A stretch of DNA of 62,834 bases, counting the filler, from Kipferlia bialata (lineage: Eukaryota): the NCBI GenBank assembly GCA_003568945.1. It is 6 parts of 6 records of this genome, joined end to end, with 100 filler letters (N's around TTAATTAATTAA, not from the genome) between each part and the next. Parts side by side here need not be neighbours in the genome. Positions count along the whole stretch, not along the records: positions 20,994 to 31,385 come from BDIP01001438.1; positions 31,486 to 41,874 come from BDIP01001439.1; 4 more parts are not named here. One strand, 5' to 3'. Position 1 is the stretch's first letter. Every line of letters begins with the position of its first letter. The position numbers and the translations under genes were made by a program. Of this stretch, positions 26,001-39,290 are shown one piece after another. Below the pieces are notes generated by a model that saw nothing but the letters and a program-made list of their open reading frames with translations, was not told the origin of the DNA and ran no database searches.

Positions 26001-26907
26001 CCTGAGCCCACCGATATAGGGTGTATATATACATATAGTAAATGTATAGTATATGCATAGTATATATCGTATATTTATGTATAGTGTCTATAGTATATGT
26101 AAAATATATATAGTACATATAGTGTATAGATATTATATGTATAAATGATATTTCTTCTGATATTCAGGGACCTGAGCCCACCGATAGAGAGAGAGAGAGA
26201 GAGGTAGAGACCTCTCCACAGACAGTGGCCAGTCCCAGTGTGGACACACTCAGAGGTATTTCTCTCTCTCTCTCTCTCTCTACACCCTTATGACCAAATG
26301 AGTGTCTATCTCTCTTACTTACCCTTCCGCATCTCTCTCTCTCTCTCTCTCTCGCTCGCTCTATCTACACCCTTATCCCCAGCTGAGTTTGCCCTTCTGT
26401 TCCCAGGCATGGCAGAGGAGGACGCGTCAAGGTATGCATCTGTAAGATACAGATTCTGTATCTACATATGTCTATACAATTGTAAATTCCTGGAAATGTA
26501 TATTTACCGATTATATACATTTATGCTAGACTGAATGGCAGAGGAGGACGCGTCTAGGTATGGCTATGATTCCACCTCTATATTATCATGTATTGCGTCA
26601 CAAACTAGCTACCCTCAGACTATTTGACCTTGTCATGTCTGAGCCTGACCCCGATACATGCTATATATTTATATATATATTAATAATTATTATTCATTAA
26701 GTGCACTTTGAGTTACACTTATTCTATTTCTTTTGACTTCAGACTGTTTGACCTTGTGATGTCTGAGCCTCAGCTCCAATAATTTCTAATAATTATGTAT
26801 TAACTCTGTAATTATACATTGACCTCAGACTCTTTGACCTTGTCATGTCTGAGCCTGACCCCGATGCCAGACAGGCCATGCTGGAGACACTCGCCAGCCA
26901 GATGTAG
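21383..26907 (+). CDS. Unknown Ser/Pro/Arg-rich multi-exon protein, 5'-truncated
   Basis: Chain of short GC-rich GT-AG exons from AKYSAHHSSSGFRPPPTAEYSQNRVMR (21383) to AEFALLFPGMAEEDASR and RLFDLVMSEPDPDARQAMLETLASQM* (26829-26907). No family recognised, and the middle exons were not all phase-checked. Confidence 0.6.
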
Positions 26908-27556
26908 TTTATACACAGCTGTAGTATATGTACTACTATATACACAACTCTTGCTTCTCTAGACGCATGTGAATAGACTGGGGGGTTAGTTTTTGTCAAT
27001 AAGGGTGTAGTGACCGATGCCAGACAGGCCATGCTGGAGACACTCGCTAATCAGATGTAGTAGTATACACTGGTGTATATACTACTATACACACAACTCT
27101 TGCTTCTCTAGATGCATGTAAATAGACTATTTAAGGTGAGGTCGGTTTTTTGTCAATAAGGGTGTAGTCACCCCGATGCCAGCCAGATGTAGTGGATATA
27201 TCATATATCATTAGTATATATCCTACACAGAGGCTACATTCTCGTTTCTCTGTCATAGAAGTGTAACTAGACGCAATGGAATCTATTGAATAGATGTGAT
27301 GTCAACAAGGGTCTAGTGACAAGTTAGGCCAGTGACACCTCGAGTCAGGTGTCACAAATGGAGTCCCACACCAACCATATCACTTCTGCCAGAAGTGCTG
27401 GCAATCACACGCTGACACTGTGATTTGTACTTTGAATTGGCAGCTCTAACCCGTGAGAATTCGTATTCTCACACAATTCTTCCATTGCATTATCAAGTAT
27501 ATCTGTTGTGTTCCTTTCAAACCTCACTGTTCTCCATAGATGTCACCTTGATAGAT

Positions 27557-30260
27557 CTACTGAGGGGCAAGTGTGAGGCTGTTGCCATACAGTACCTGCA
27601 AAGGCACCCTCGCCTCCTGACCTGGTGTACAGGGGTGTGTGACTGTGCTATATGGCCCATTGAATGTGATGGTGGATCCAGAACGGGTGCAAGTGGCAAC
27701 ACCAGTGCCTCGCTGGCCACGGAAGAACTGGTAAGTGTCACGCGTATTGCTAGCGTGGCAACACACATACATGGCATTGCCACTGGTGTCACTTTTTTTC
27801 AGTGTCCATGTCTTGCTCGCCTCGACACTTGGCACCAGTAGGGTGACAGGGTTCCAGTTACTCGGTCTCGGAAGTCTGGCCGATGTCACGACACTCTCCG
27901 TCACTCCTTGAGCCACCTCAAACCTAGCACCAGGTGTTACAGTGGGTGCCTTATCACCCTCAGGCAGTGTTGAACCCACTATCATGTCCTTCCTCACCTT
28001 GGCACCTGCCATGTTACAGTGGCTCAGGATGGCGTCCCTGGGGTAAGGACTTACTGAACACATGTTATACTACACTTGGGCATTGGGTGCATGATACACT
28101 GTATATAATGAGTAGATAGAGAGTATTGCATCTCTCTCTCTCAAATATTATTTACACATGTGCGAATATACATTGATAATCCCTACCTGAGATCCACCCC
28201 CTGCATGTCCCACCCACACATGTCCACCCCACTCACAACCACACCCTTGACACTGTTAGCACCCTGCAGATGCTCCAGGGTCAGCCCTGTCACACCAGCG
28301 AGAGTAGCACGTGACAAGTCACAGCCTCTGATAGTGGCTCTCGTCATGTCACACTCACTGAGTCTAGCACCCGAGAGGTTAGACCCCGATACGTCAGTAT
28401 CAGTGAGGTCTAGGCCGGTGAGGTCCATACCACTCAGTGTGCACTGTGTGAATGAGCCTAGAGAGGATATCTGCTCTACAGTCAGTCCATCAACTGCAGT
28501 CAAGTCACACCCAGTCACCCTGCTCCCACTAAGGTCCCACTGTGTCACGTCCTGGTCCTGGAAGTCGTTGGAGGTCAAGTCTCTGTTTGTCATGTCAACA
28601 ACCGCGTAGGGGTTGACTAGCTTGATCTCGCCCTCCTCGAGACCGTTCTCTGTCACAATGTAGCCCTGGCCCCAGTCACAGGGGTGCTGGGGGGTGGATG
28701 TGTGGTCTACCACTCTCTCCATGATGGGCTCTCCTAGGGCCTCGGCCACCTAGGGATGAGATCTTGAGACAAATGATGAACAATGCATGAAGAGAGATAG
28801 GCTCTAAGGGTGATGTAGCTACATAAGAAAGAATATTTACGATATAACAAGCATACCTCTGGGAATAGCAGGTAGGGCCTCAGCTGTGTGACAACGTCAG
28901 AGTGGGAGACAAGGGCTGCCTGGAGACTGACAATCTGAGTGTATGAGATGGATATCCATACATATATGGAATAGTAATGAGTAGGACACTACTGTAGCAT
29001 CCACATATAGGAGTGAAAGGAGTGGGAGACAAGGGATGCCTGGAGACTGACAATCTGAGTGTAAGAGAGTCTTGTAATATCTATGCAGCTATACAGCAGT
29101 ACCTCTGTACAACACCTTTCGCTATCGACTCATCTTGACTACTCAGATAGTATAATTATTATTATTATAATATTTATTATAATTACATACATAGTACTAT
29201 TCTATAATTATAATATTCGTACACTACACTGTAGTGTACGAATATAGTCTATTGACGTTCTTCTATGTATAGCATGTAGTCAATGACGTGGAGACTGACA
29301 ATCTGAGGGTAAGAGCTGGGTATTCAGTTAGGGTGAGAGTTGATAAGAGTATCCGGATACGATCCTATACATAGCATGTAGTCAACGACACTCATACCTT
29401 GGCCTCCAGTACTGCAAGCTTCTCTCTCAATATACACACATTACACTATATATATACTATATATATGTATATATATACTACGGCACCAGTACCTTGGCTT
29501 CCATAACTGCAAGCCTCTCTCTCAGTGACACCTTGTCCTGCTCGGACAGACGGCGGCGCCTAGTATAAGAAAGGGGATACTATTGGTACATATACACATA
29601 CATATACCAGTAACTCACTTCAGCTAGAGTAAGAAAGGGGATACTATTAGTACATATACACATACATATTAGTAACTCACTTGAGCTTCTGTGCAACCTC
29701 GTCTCTGTCGTCCTCGGCATCCTCTATGTCCTGGTTGGTGACCTGGGGGTAAGACGCTAGACGCTAGACGCTAGACGCTAAACGGCTCAGGCCAAGAGCA
29801 GAGACATATGAACACATATACTACATCTGTTAGGATTAGTGCGTTACGCAGAGGCATATCAACACACTCACCTCCCTCTCCCTCATCAACTAATTCATGT
29901 CCATATATACACTATATATATATCCTGTACACTGATGCACTAACCTCATCTCCCTGCCCCTCCAGTCTAGCCAGCAGTGTCCTTGCCTTGCCCTGTGCCA
30001 CAGACAGACTGGACACAAGGGTCAGGGTGGCTGAGCCTAGAGTGTTATTATGACAACAGACACGAAGAAGGATGGATAGATAGAGACAGAGAGACAGAGA
30101 GAGAGAGACAGACTGGACACAAGGGTCAAGGTGGGTGGTCCTGTAGTGTAAGAAGGAGCATCTGTATCTACTTACACCTATATACATGTCTATACTACAC
30201 CAATACCTACAGTGGTCAGCACCCCCCATGCCTCTTGGTATCATATAGTATATACTACTG

Positions 30261-30299
<39 letters not shown>

Positions 30300-31385
30300 G
30301 TTTGTATACTAAATACCCATACCTATAGTGTCCAGCACCCCCCATGCCTCTAGGTCAGAGGTGTCACTGTCACTCTGCTGGGAACCTGGGTATAAGTATA
30401 AGGGGTAAGACAATAATAGCCCATATATATCTATTGACTATTACAAACATTGCCTCGTCATATACTGATTATCTGACTCAAGCACTACATCCACTGTATT
30501 AATAGTAGACAGCACTCTGCTACAAGTATATATCATACCTATCCCGAGGGTAGTGAGTCTCTTGCTGAACCCAAGCAGGTCAGTCTGCCTAAGGGGTGAG
30601 GATAGTATATATATATATGGGTATACGTATATATATATAGAAAGAGAGAGAGAGAGATAGTGATAGATATGTGTTAGCTGTGAGACCTCATACGAGTGAG
30701 AGAGACAGAATAGAACGAAGAATGATAGAATGAGAATAGAATGGAATGCATATAGTATATTCATACTAGAAGGCACATATACACACACCTGTCAATGACT
30801 GGCCCCACTATGTCATGGAGGTCTCTCACAAGGTCATTGGCAACCTCGGCCTGGGGTGGGTATACACTAGAGATATATGTGACAGTCATATGCATACATA
30901 CCTGTCTGTACTGTCTCTTCTGCAATAGGGATAGACCCTTAGCACCCCTAGGAAGGGGTATGATGAGAGTATATTCTATAAGAATATATATTATATAGTA
31001 TATACATGAGTATATAGTATATATAGAGAATACCTACCTGTCTGTACTGTCTCTTCATGGTGAGGGTGAGTCCCTTAGTACCCCGAGGTAGGGGTATGAT
31101 GTCAGCAGCTGACACACGGAGGAGGATCTTGGAACCACTCTGGATATAAGGGTATAGAGAGATAGAGAGAGAGACCCAGACTATGGTGAGTAATAAGAAG
31201 GACACCAGTTCGGATAAATATAGACTAAGAGAGGAATGTGGGTATCTCCGGCTCATAATGGGTGTGCATTCATAGAGGGATACTAGTATACATATATAAA
31301 AGCACACAGCGGTATACAGATACAATCAGTATACCTCTATGCACGTGAGTGAGTCCAGTGGGTCAAAGGTCAGGTTGTGCATGAG
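27557..31385 (-). CDS. Helical/coiled-coil plus pentapeptide-repeat protein, multi-exon, 5'-truncated
   Basis: In-frame exons: LMHNLTFDPLDSLTCIE / SGSKILLRVSAADIIPLPRG / ... / KRRRLSEQDKVSLRERLAVMEAK / IVSLQAALVSHSDVVTQLRPYLLFPE / VAEALGEP...WDLSGSRVTGCDLT...GVDLR (28749-28187) / DAILSHCNMAGAKV...LAPQ* (stop at 27557). Confidence 0.75.
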
Positions 31386-31576
31386 NNNNNNNNNNNNNNN
31401 NNNNNNNNNNNNNNNNNNNNNNNNNNNNNTTAATTAATTAANNNNNNNNNNNNNNNNNNNNNNNNNNNNNNNNNNNNNNNNNNNNCCATGCATGACTCCC
31501 TTCCCAACCCCCCCCCCCCCCTCTCTCTCTCTCCAGTCTTCTTAGTATATTGAGTGACAATATGTACTGATAACAG

Positions 31577-34500
31577 GCCTCCCCCCACCTAGTGCACGAG
31601 CACCTGACCAAGTCCCCCACAGAGGCCATCAACAATGCAATCAGATACAAGGAGGTTAGTATATACAGACTCTGCAATATATTTTAATATATATGAACAT
31701 CTCTTACTCTAGGATGTACTTGAGAGGAGCAGACTACAACTATACTATATATTTTTACGCACACATACGCACATAAATAGATATATATATGTGGGCTCTT
31801 ACTCTAGGATGAGCGGAAGAGAGAGCAGGAGAGGCTAACAGCTGAGGATATATATTCACACTATTATATATATAAACCCATATAGTGTATATAGTATACT
31901 GCATACACTAATACTAGGATGAGCGCAAGAGAGAGCAGGAGAGGCTGGCAGCTGGTGATGTGGCCATGGACCTCACCAAGGGAGAGGGAGAGGGAGAAAA
32001 GATGCCCCACTTGCACACACCTGCAGAGGTGCTGACAGCCGGAGGAACAGTGTACGATCTATGCAGGTGTGTATTATACATAGTATATATATATGTGTAT
32101 ATTTACAGTAATGAAGTATGCAGTATACACCGGCAGAGGTGCTGACAGCCGGAGGAACAGTGTATGACCTGTGCAGGTATGTTGTGTACTATGTATATAT
32201 ACATATCTATGAATTATACATGCTTTGTGCTGACGGCCGGAGAAACTGTCTATGATCTGTGCAGGTGAGTGTTATCCATGTATAGGCGTGTATCTCGTTG
32301 CATTTCATACACTCAGCTGTCGAGGACTTTGGCATTCTCTCTCTCTCTCTCTCTCCCTCTCTCTATCTCTCTACAACCTTTTCTTACCCCAGCATTGTCG
32401 AGCACTCTGGCACCACTCTGTCCAGTGGTCACTACATTGCATTCAGGTATATACATATCTAGTAGTGTATAGATATAACATTTAACTGCTTTAACGTATG
32501 TGTAAACTAACTACATTGCATTCAGGTATTCGGCAAGAATAATCATCATATTTGCACCTTTGCAATCTGATATTGTACTATCTCTGGATATATGTATATA
32601 TATATATGTATCACTCTACATATATATAGCAATACCCCTGACCCTTCAGCAAGCTCAACGACGCCTGGCACTCCTTCAACGACACCAAGGTCAAGAAGGT
32701 GAGAGGACAATATATACATATCCATATATACATATTCATCTATACATCTCTACAAGTATATATATAAGCATCCTATGCCTGGCACTCCTTCAACGACACC
32801 AAGGTCAAGAAGGNNNNNNNNNNNNNNNNNNNNNNNNNNNNNNNNNNNNNNNNNNNNNNNNNNNNNNNNNNNNNNNNNNNNNNNNNNNNNNNNNNNNNNN
32901 NNNNNNNNNNNNNNNNNNNNNNNNNNNNNNNNNNNNNNNNNNNNNNNNNNNNNNNNNNNNNNNNNNNNNNNNNNNNNNNNNNNNNNNNNNNNNNNNNNNN
33001 NNNNNNNNNNNNNNNNNNNNNNNNNNNNNNNNNNNNNNNNNNNNNNNNNNNNNNNNNNNNNNNNNNNNNNNNNNNNNNNNNNNNNNNNNNNNNNNNNNNN
33101 NNNNNNNNNNNNNNNNNNNNNNNNNNNNNNNNNNNNNNNNNNNNNNNNNNNNNNNNNNNNNNNNNNNNNNNNNNNNNNNNNNNNNNNNNNNNNNNNNNNN
33201 NNNNNNNNNNNNNNNNNNNNNNNNNNNNNNNNNNNNNNNNNNNNNNNNNNNNNNNNNNNNNNNNNNNNNNNNNNNNNNNNNNNNNNNNNNNNNNNNNNNN
33301 NNNNNNNNNNNNNNNNNNNNNNNNNNNNNNNNNNNNNNNNNNNNNNNNNNNNNNNNNNNNNNNNNNNNNNNNNNNNNNNNNNNNNNNNNNNNNNNNNNNN
33401 NNNNNNNNNNNNNNNNNNNNNNNNNNNNNNNNNNNNNNNNNNNNNNNNNNNNNNNNNNNNNNNNNNNNNNNNNNNNNNNNNNNNNNNNNNNNNNNNNNNN
33501 NNNNNNNNNNNNNNNNNNNNNNNNNNNNNNNNNNNNNNNNNNNNNNNNNNNNNNNNNNNNNNNNNNNNNNNNNNNNNNNNNNNNNNNNNNNNNNNNNNNN
33601 NNNNNNNNNNNNNNNNNNNNNNNNNNNNNNNNNNNNNNNNNNNNNNNNNNNNNNNNNNNNNNNNNNNNNNNNNNNNNNNNNNNNNNNNNNNNNNNNNNNN
33701 NNNNNNNNNNNNNNNNNNNNNNNNNNNNNNNNNNNNNNNNNNNNNNNNNNNNNNNNNNNNNNNNNNNNNNNNNNNNNNNNNNNNNNNNNNNNNNNNNNNN
33801 NNNNNTACACCCTATGCCTGGCACTCCTTCAACGACACCAAGGTCAAGAAGGTGAGAGAGATACATTTACATGAATTTATGTGTATTGTTCCAATATGTA
33901 TTGTTCCGATATGTATGTATGCAGGGCACGGAGGCCGAGGTTTCTCCCAAGTCATAAACCTTTATACATATGTCACATGCACACATTAGTATTAGTATCC
34001 GTCGTATGCTATCATATCTGTTTGAATCTCACAGAGGTCTTTGTAATTATTATATTCCTATTGCATCACTATTATCTCTGACCCTAGGTCACCGAGGCCC
34101 AGGTCCTGTCCTGCCAGCCATACCTGCTCTTCTACCAGAGGTGGGTATTAGATACATATTCATTATCGGTATAGTGTCACATCATCATAACTCTGATCTG
34201 TATGTGTCTGACTTGTATATGTTTCCTCTTTCTCTTTCGCTCTCATGTCCAGGAGACCCACCACTCTCCAGAGGGCAGTCAGGAAGAGGTGAGGACTACT
34301 CTCTCTACTGCATTTGTACCAATACTTACTTGTATACACTTGTATACCCATGACACATATGTGTATATACCACTCTCCAGAGGGCAGTCAGGAAGAGGTG
34401 AGTGCCCTATTCTCTTCGGTCTATTGGAGTCTTTCTGTTAAACATTGTTACTAACAGTATGTTGTCCACATAAATATCATTTCCGTCAGTTACTACATAT

Positions 34501-36434
34501 ATATATTTTCCTTCCAATTTGTCACCTGTGTTTGCATACATGTCCTAACAACTAGAGTACTTGGCCACATATCCTCCGAGTCCCGCAAGAGAGGCAGGGA
34601 CAGATCGGCAGATGGCATGGAGACAAAGAGGTGTGGTATACACATAGATATATTAGTATATATATCTATATACATGTATACATATAAATGAAATATTTGT
34701 CTCTGTATATACACTCTTGGTGTCTCTGTGTGCGTATTTATACCTCTGTCTCTATATCTACACCCTCAATACTTTGTTATATTGATTTCTTTCTATATAT
34801 ACTCACCCCCCAGGCAGGGCAGGCCCAAGAACGCCAAGGGAGTGAAGAGGGAGGGAGAGAGAGAGAGAGGTCTGGTCAGTCTGAGGGAGGAGAGAGAGAG
34901 AGTGGTGAAGATTGAGGGTGACATTCAGATGGACAGAGAGAGAGAGAGGGAGAGAGAGAGGGAGAGCGAGAGCGACACGCCCAAGGCCAGAGACGCTAGG
35001 TATCATGACTATGTATATCTCTATCCCTACCTCTATCACTCACTCTCTTTTTCTCTCTCTCTCTATTTAGCTATGTTTTCATAATTACATATATTTCTAC
35101 CTACAACTTACTTCTAGGTCCTGTGACTCCTGTGTCGTCAGTGCAGACACACTCTACAGGGCACTCATGTTCTCGGGGCCAGGTGTGCACCATCGTTCTC
35201 TATGTATATGGAATGTATATATATATACATATTATAGTGTAAGCATGTGTACTAATGTATCTGTTGGTGACACGCTCTACAGGGCACTCATGTTCTCAGG
35301 GCCAGGTAATCACGTATAAGTATGTATATACATGTGTGATGCATTTATAACTATGTATATGGAGTATATAGTATAATATAGACATACTGTATATTGTGTA
35401 TTAGACTATTTACTCACTATAGGCTCAATAGACAACTCCTCCCTGCTGTGCCCCACCCACACATGCCCCAGTGCATCCATGGTGACAGTGGGACAGGAAT
35501 ACACAGTACAGGGTATGTTTTTATATATGTATATAGTGTGTATTTATATATATATATAGTATATATACCTGTGTCCCAGTGCATCCATGGTGACAGTGGG
35601 ACAGGAGTATACAGTGCAAGGTGTGTATATATGTATATATATATAGTATATATAGTATAAAGTATATAGTATATATAGTATATATATACATCTGTCCCAA
35701 TGCATCCATGGTGACAGTGGGACAGGAATAAACTGTACAGGGTATGCATTATATATATATATAGAGAGAGAGAGTACACTGTAGAAGGTATATATATAGT
35801 ATATATATACCTATGTCCCATGCATCCATGGTGACAGTGGGACAGGAGTATACAGTGCAGGGTATGTATATATATGTATGTATATGTATGTATAGTGGTA
35901 TGAGTAGTGCATATGTGTACGTATACCTATATCCATCTATATATATATATAGAGATTAATTGCATTACTCTTCTCACCCCCAGGTGCTGTCCTCCCTACC
36001 TGTGTCCAGGTGCTATAGTATATATATATATATATAGTGTATATATATACTATGTATATTACTGTATACACTCATAACCACAGGTGCTGTCCTCCCTGCC
36101 TGTGTCCAGGTCCCGTCACATGCATACGACGAGATAGAGGTATGTACATTAGTACATAAATAGTACATAAAATAGCCTTGCTATAGTACTCGTTATCTGC
36201 AACCATAGGGTTTCTTACTCAAGGTCCTTCTGGCCCCCTATGCTATCCAAACCATATTCATATGAACAATTGTATATGTATATATATGAACATTCAGGTG
36301 TTTATGTATATATGAGTGGTTCTCATCCTCCAGGCCCTACTTGGGGGTGGTCCCCGTATCCACACCTCCTCACTCACCTGTGGTGATTGCCCAGGACACG
36401 CACTGGATGTCAGGTAAGTATGGATGCACTTACA

Positions 36435-36480
<46 letters not shown>

Positions 36481-37838
36481 ATGTATAGAGAGAAAGAGAG
36501 GTGTGCACATTACTGTGATGAGTCTGCCCAGGGCATGCCTTAGATGTCAGGTATAGTATAGACAGTGTATTGATGGGTCTTTGTGTAGTGATCCATACCT
36601 ATTGACTATTATGATTGATGTGGGGACTGCCCAGGACACGCATTATCATATATGGTACCTGTTCAGTAGATGGCAATTGTAGTTTCCCTCTCTCTCTCTC
36701 TCTCTCTCCCTCCCTCTACACCCTTATTGTCAGACGTGTTATGGAGAGAGACACTGTGTCCCAGCTCGAGGGCATCTTCGAACTCTCTCTCTCTCTCTCA
36801 CTATACATATACCCAATTCATCAATCTCTCTCTCCCTCTATACCCTTATTGTCAGACGTGTTATGGAGAGAGACACTGTGTCCCAGCTGGAGGGCATTGA
36901 CAAGGGGAACCCTAGCAGTGACAATGAGCAACATAGGTACATAAAGATATATATTGTATATGTATATATATAGTGTATGTATATATAGTATATACATTAG
37001 TATGTATATGGATGGTATCGACAAGGGCAACCTCAGCAGTGACAACGAGCAGCACAGGTACTCTATTCATATAGTATAGTATATATGTAGTATGAAAACA
37101 CATACAATTACCCTAGAGGCCACTACATGTGCTGTTAATATATATATCATGTGTATATACCCTGACACCAGGGGCTACTACATGTGCTCCAAGGACTGGG
37201 TCTCCAAGTGGAGGGCCTTTGTGCTGGGGGGGCCTGTCCCACCACCACTGACCAACCATGAGATGCTCAATGGAAGGTATAGAGAGTGTATCTATATCAA
37301 TATCTATATAATATATATTTGTATAATATATATGTATTGGGGCCTGTCCCACCACCCCTGACAAACCATGAGATGCTCAATGGGAGGTAAATATATTTTG
37401 TATTCTATATATATATAGTGTATATATAAATATATAGTTATAATAGTATATATATATGGCCTGTCCCACCACCCCTGACCAATCATGAGATGCTGAATGG
37501 GAGGTATAGAGAGTATATCTATATCTATATCTATGTGGCTATGTGGATATTATATATTCAAAGAGTATATACTCATGTGCCACCACGAGATGCTGAACGG
37601 CAGGTGTATGTACGATATATATATACATATTAGTCTTAGTGATATATACTCCTGTACCATACTCCTGTGCCGCCATGTAGTACTCTGCATTTGATTGACT
37701 CTCCTTTGACTTCCCCTGACTTCTTAAGGGGCGAGCTCAAGAGGCGTCTGAGACCCGGGGTGGACTATGTGTCACTCAGCCCCAGGTGGGATATATATGT
37801 ATATATATATGTAGTACTCGTACAATTATAGAATGTTT

Positions 37839-37884
<46 letters not shown>

Positions 37885-38332
37885 GGTGTGGACTATGTGT
37901 CACTCAGCCCCAGGTGAGATGTGGTGTTATACCTGATCCTAATTATGCATATATGTATCACATTTGTGATTAAGAGTATCAATACATTCATCAAATTTAC
38001 CTAATATTCTGACACATAGTGTGTGGACCCAGCTGTGTTCATGGCATGGCACAGCCAGTGTGCATGAAGTACACAGGGCAGGGGTCACAATAGGTGAGTA
38101 TTCACTTAGAATACTATATATGGATATACATGGTATATTATATACAGTGTATATACACACATATATATATATATTGGTGTATGGGCACAGCCAGTGTGCA
38201 TGAAGAACACAGGGCAGGGGTCACAATAGGTATGTCATCAGTGGGTACCATTTCTCTCTCTCTCTCTCCCCACCCCCACCTTTGTATGTGTTTTCATTGT
38301 ATGTTATAACCACAGGCTCTGGCCCCATCAGT

Positions 38333-38370
<38 letters not shown>

Positions 38371-38833
38371 ATATGTGTCTTTCTGTTGAATCTGTTTGTC
38401 TAACCCCAGGCTCTGGCCCCATCAGTGAGGGCAACGGGTCCCTGTCATCCATAGCAACACAGGTACGATGATGGATATACATATATATAGATATGTATGT
38501 ATATACTTTAATTAATATGTATATAGTATACTAGTATATATATAGTCTTGTTTCCATGACTAAGCAACGGGTCCCTGTCATCCATAGCAACACAGGTATA
38601 TATATAGAGTGGATATATATATATATGGGTAGTGTGTGTGTTATATTTCAATCTCCAGGCCAACCCTCTCGTCAATGTATTCACTATATATGTATTTGTA
38701 TATTAGCTAGTATATATATTAGCTACTATAGTATAGTAAACTATATTTATATATAATACAGTGTATTCATCTCCAGACCGAGCCTGTCATCAATGACCTC
38801 GAGTCCAGCGATGAGGACCTGATCCTGGTCTAG
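31577..38833 (+). CDS. Ubiquitin-specific protease (C19), USP20/33-like, with C-terminal tandem DUSP-like domains, 5'-truncated
   Basis: Spliced His box YDLCSIVEHSGTTLSSGHYIAFSKLNDAWHSFNDTKVKKVTEAQVLSCQPYLLFYQR. DUSP-like segments SGPGSIDNSSLLCPTH and YYMCSKDWVSKWRAFVLGGPVPPPLTN...LRPGVDYVSLSPSVWTQLCSWHG. Stop TAG at 38831-38833. Confidence 0.85.
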
Positions 38834-39251
38834 AGAGAGAGAGAGAGGAAGAGAGGTAGAGGGAGAGAGAGAGATTCCCTCTACTCCTGGATTGCCATTG
38901 GGGAAGTGACTATGTGATAGAGAGAGAGAGAGACTATGTGAGTCCGGGAGAGAGGAACCAAGCCTTGTATAGAGAGAGTGAGAGAGAGAGAGTGAGAGAG
39001 GGTAGGAGACTGGTTTGACTACACAGTATAAATTGTAGTCTCTTGCCTATTGACCTTGGGCTGTTTCTTTCATTGAATATGACGTATGTATATGTCGTAT
39101 TGGCAATCTATATTCCTGGTATAACGCGCCAAAGAAATTCATCTAGAGAAATGATCTATTCAAGAGACCCCAGAATAGGCCTGTCGACCATTCGACACAG
39201 ACACAGGTGATTATGGATAGGGATGCTCAGATGACGAAGAACAGACATCAG

Positions 39252-39290
39252 CCGTTCACCGTTCACCGTTCACCGTTCACCGTTCACCGT
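39252..39290. repeat. Heptanucleotide tandem repeat (CCGTTCA)n
   Basis: About 5.5 tandem units. A comparable (GACGCTA)n run lies at about 29753-29780. Confidence 0.9.
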
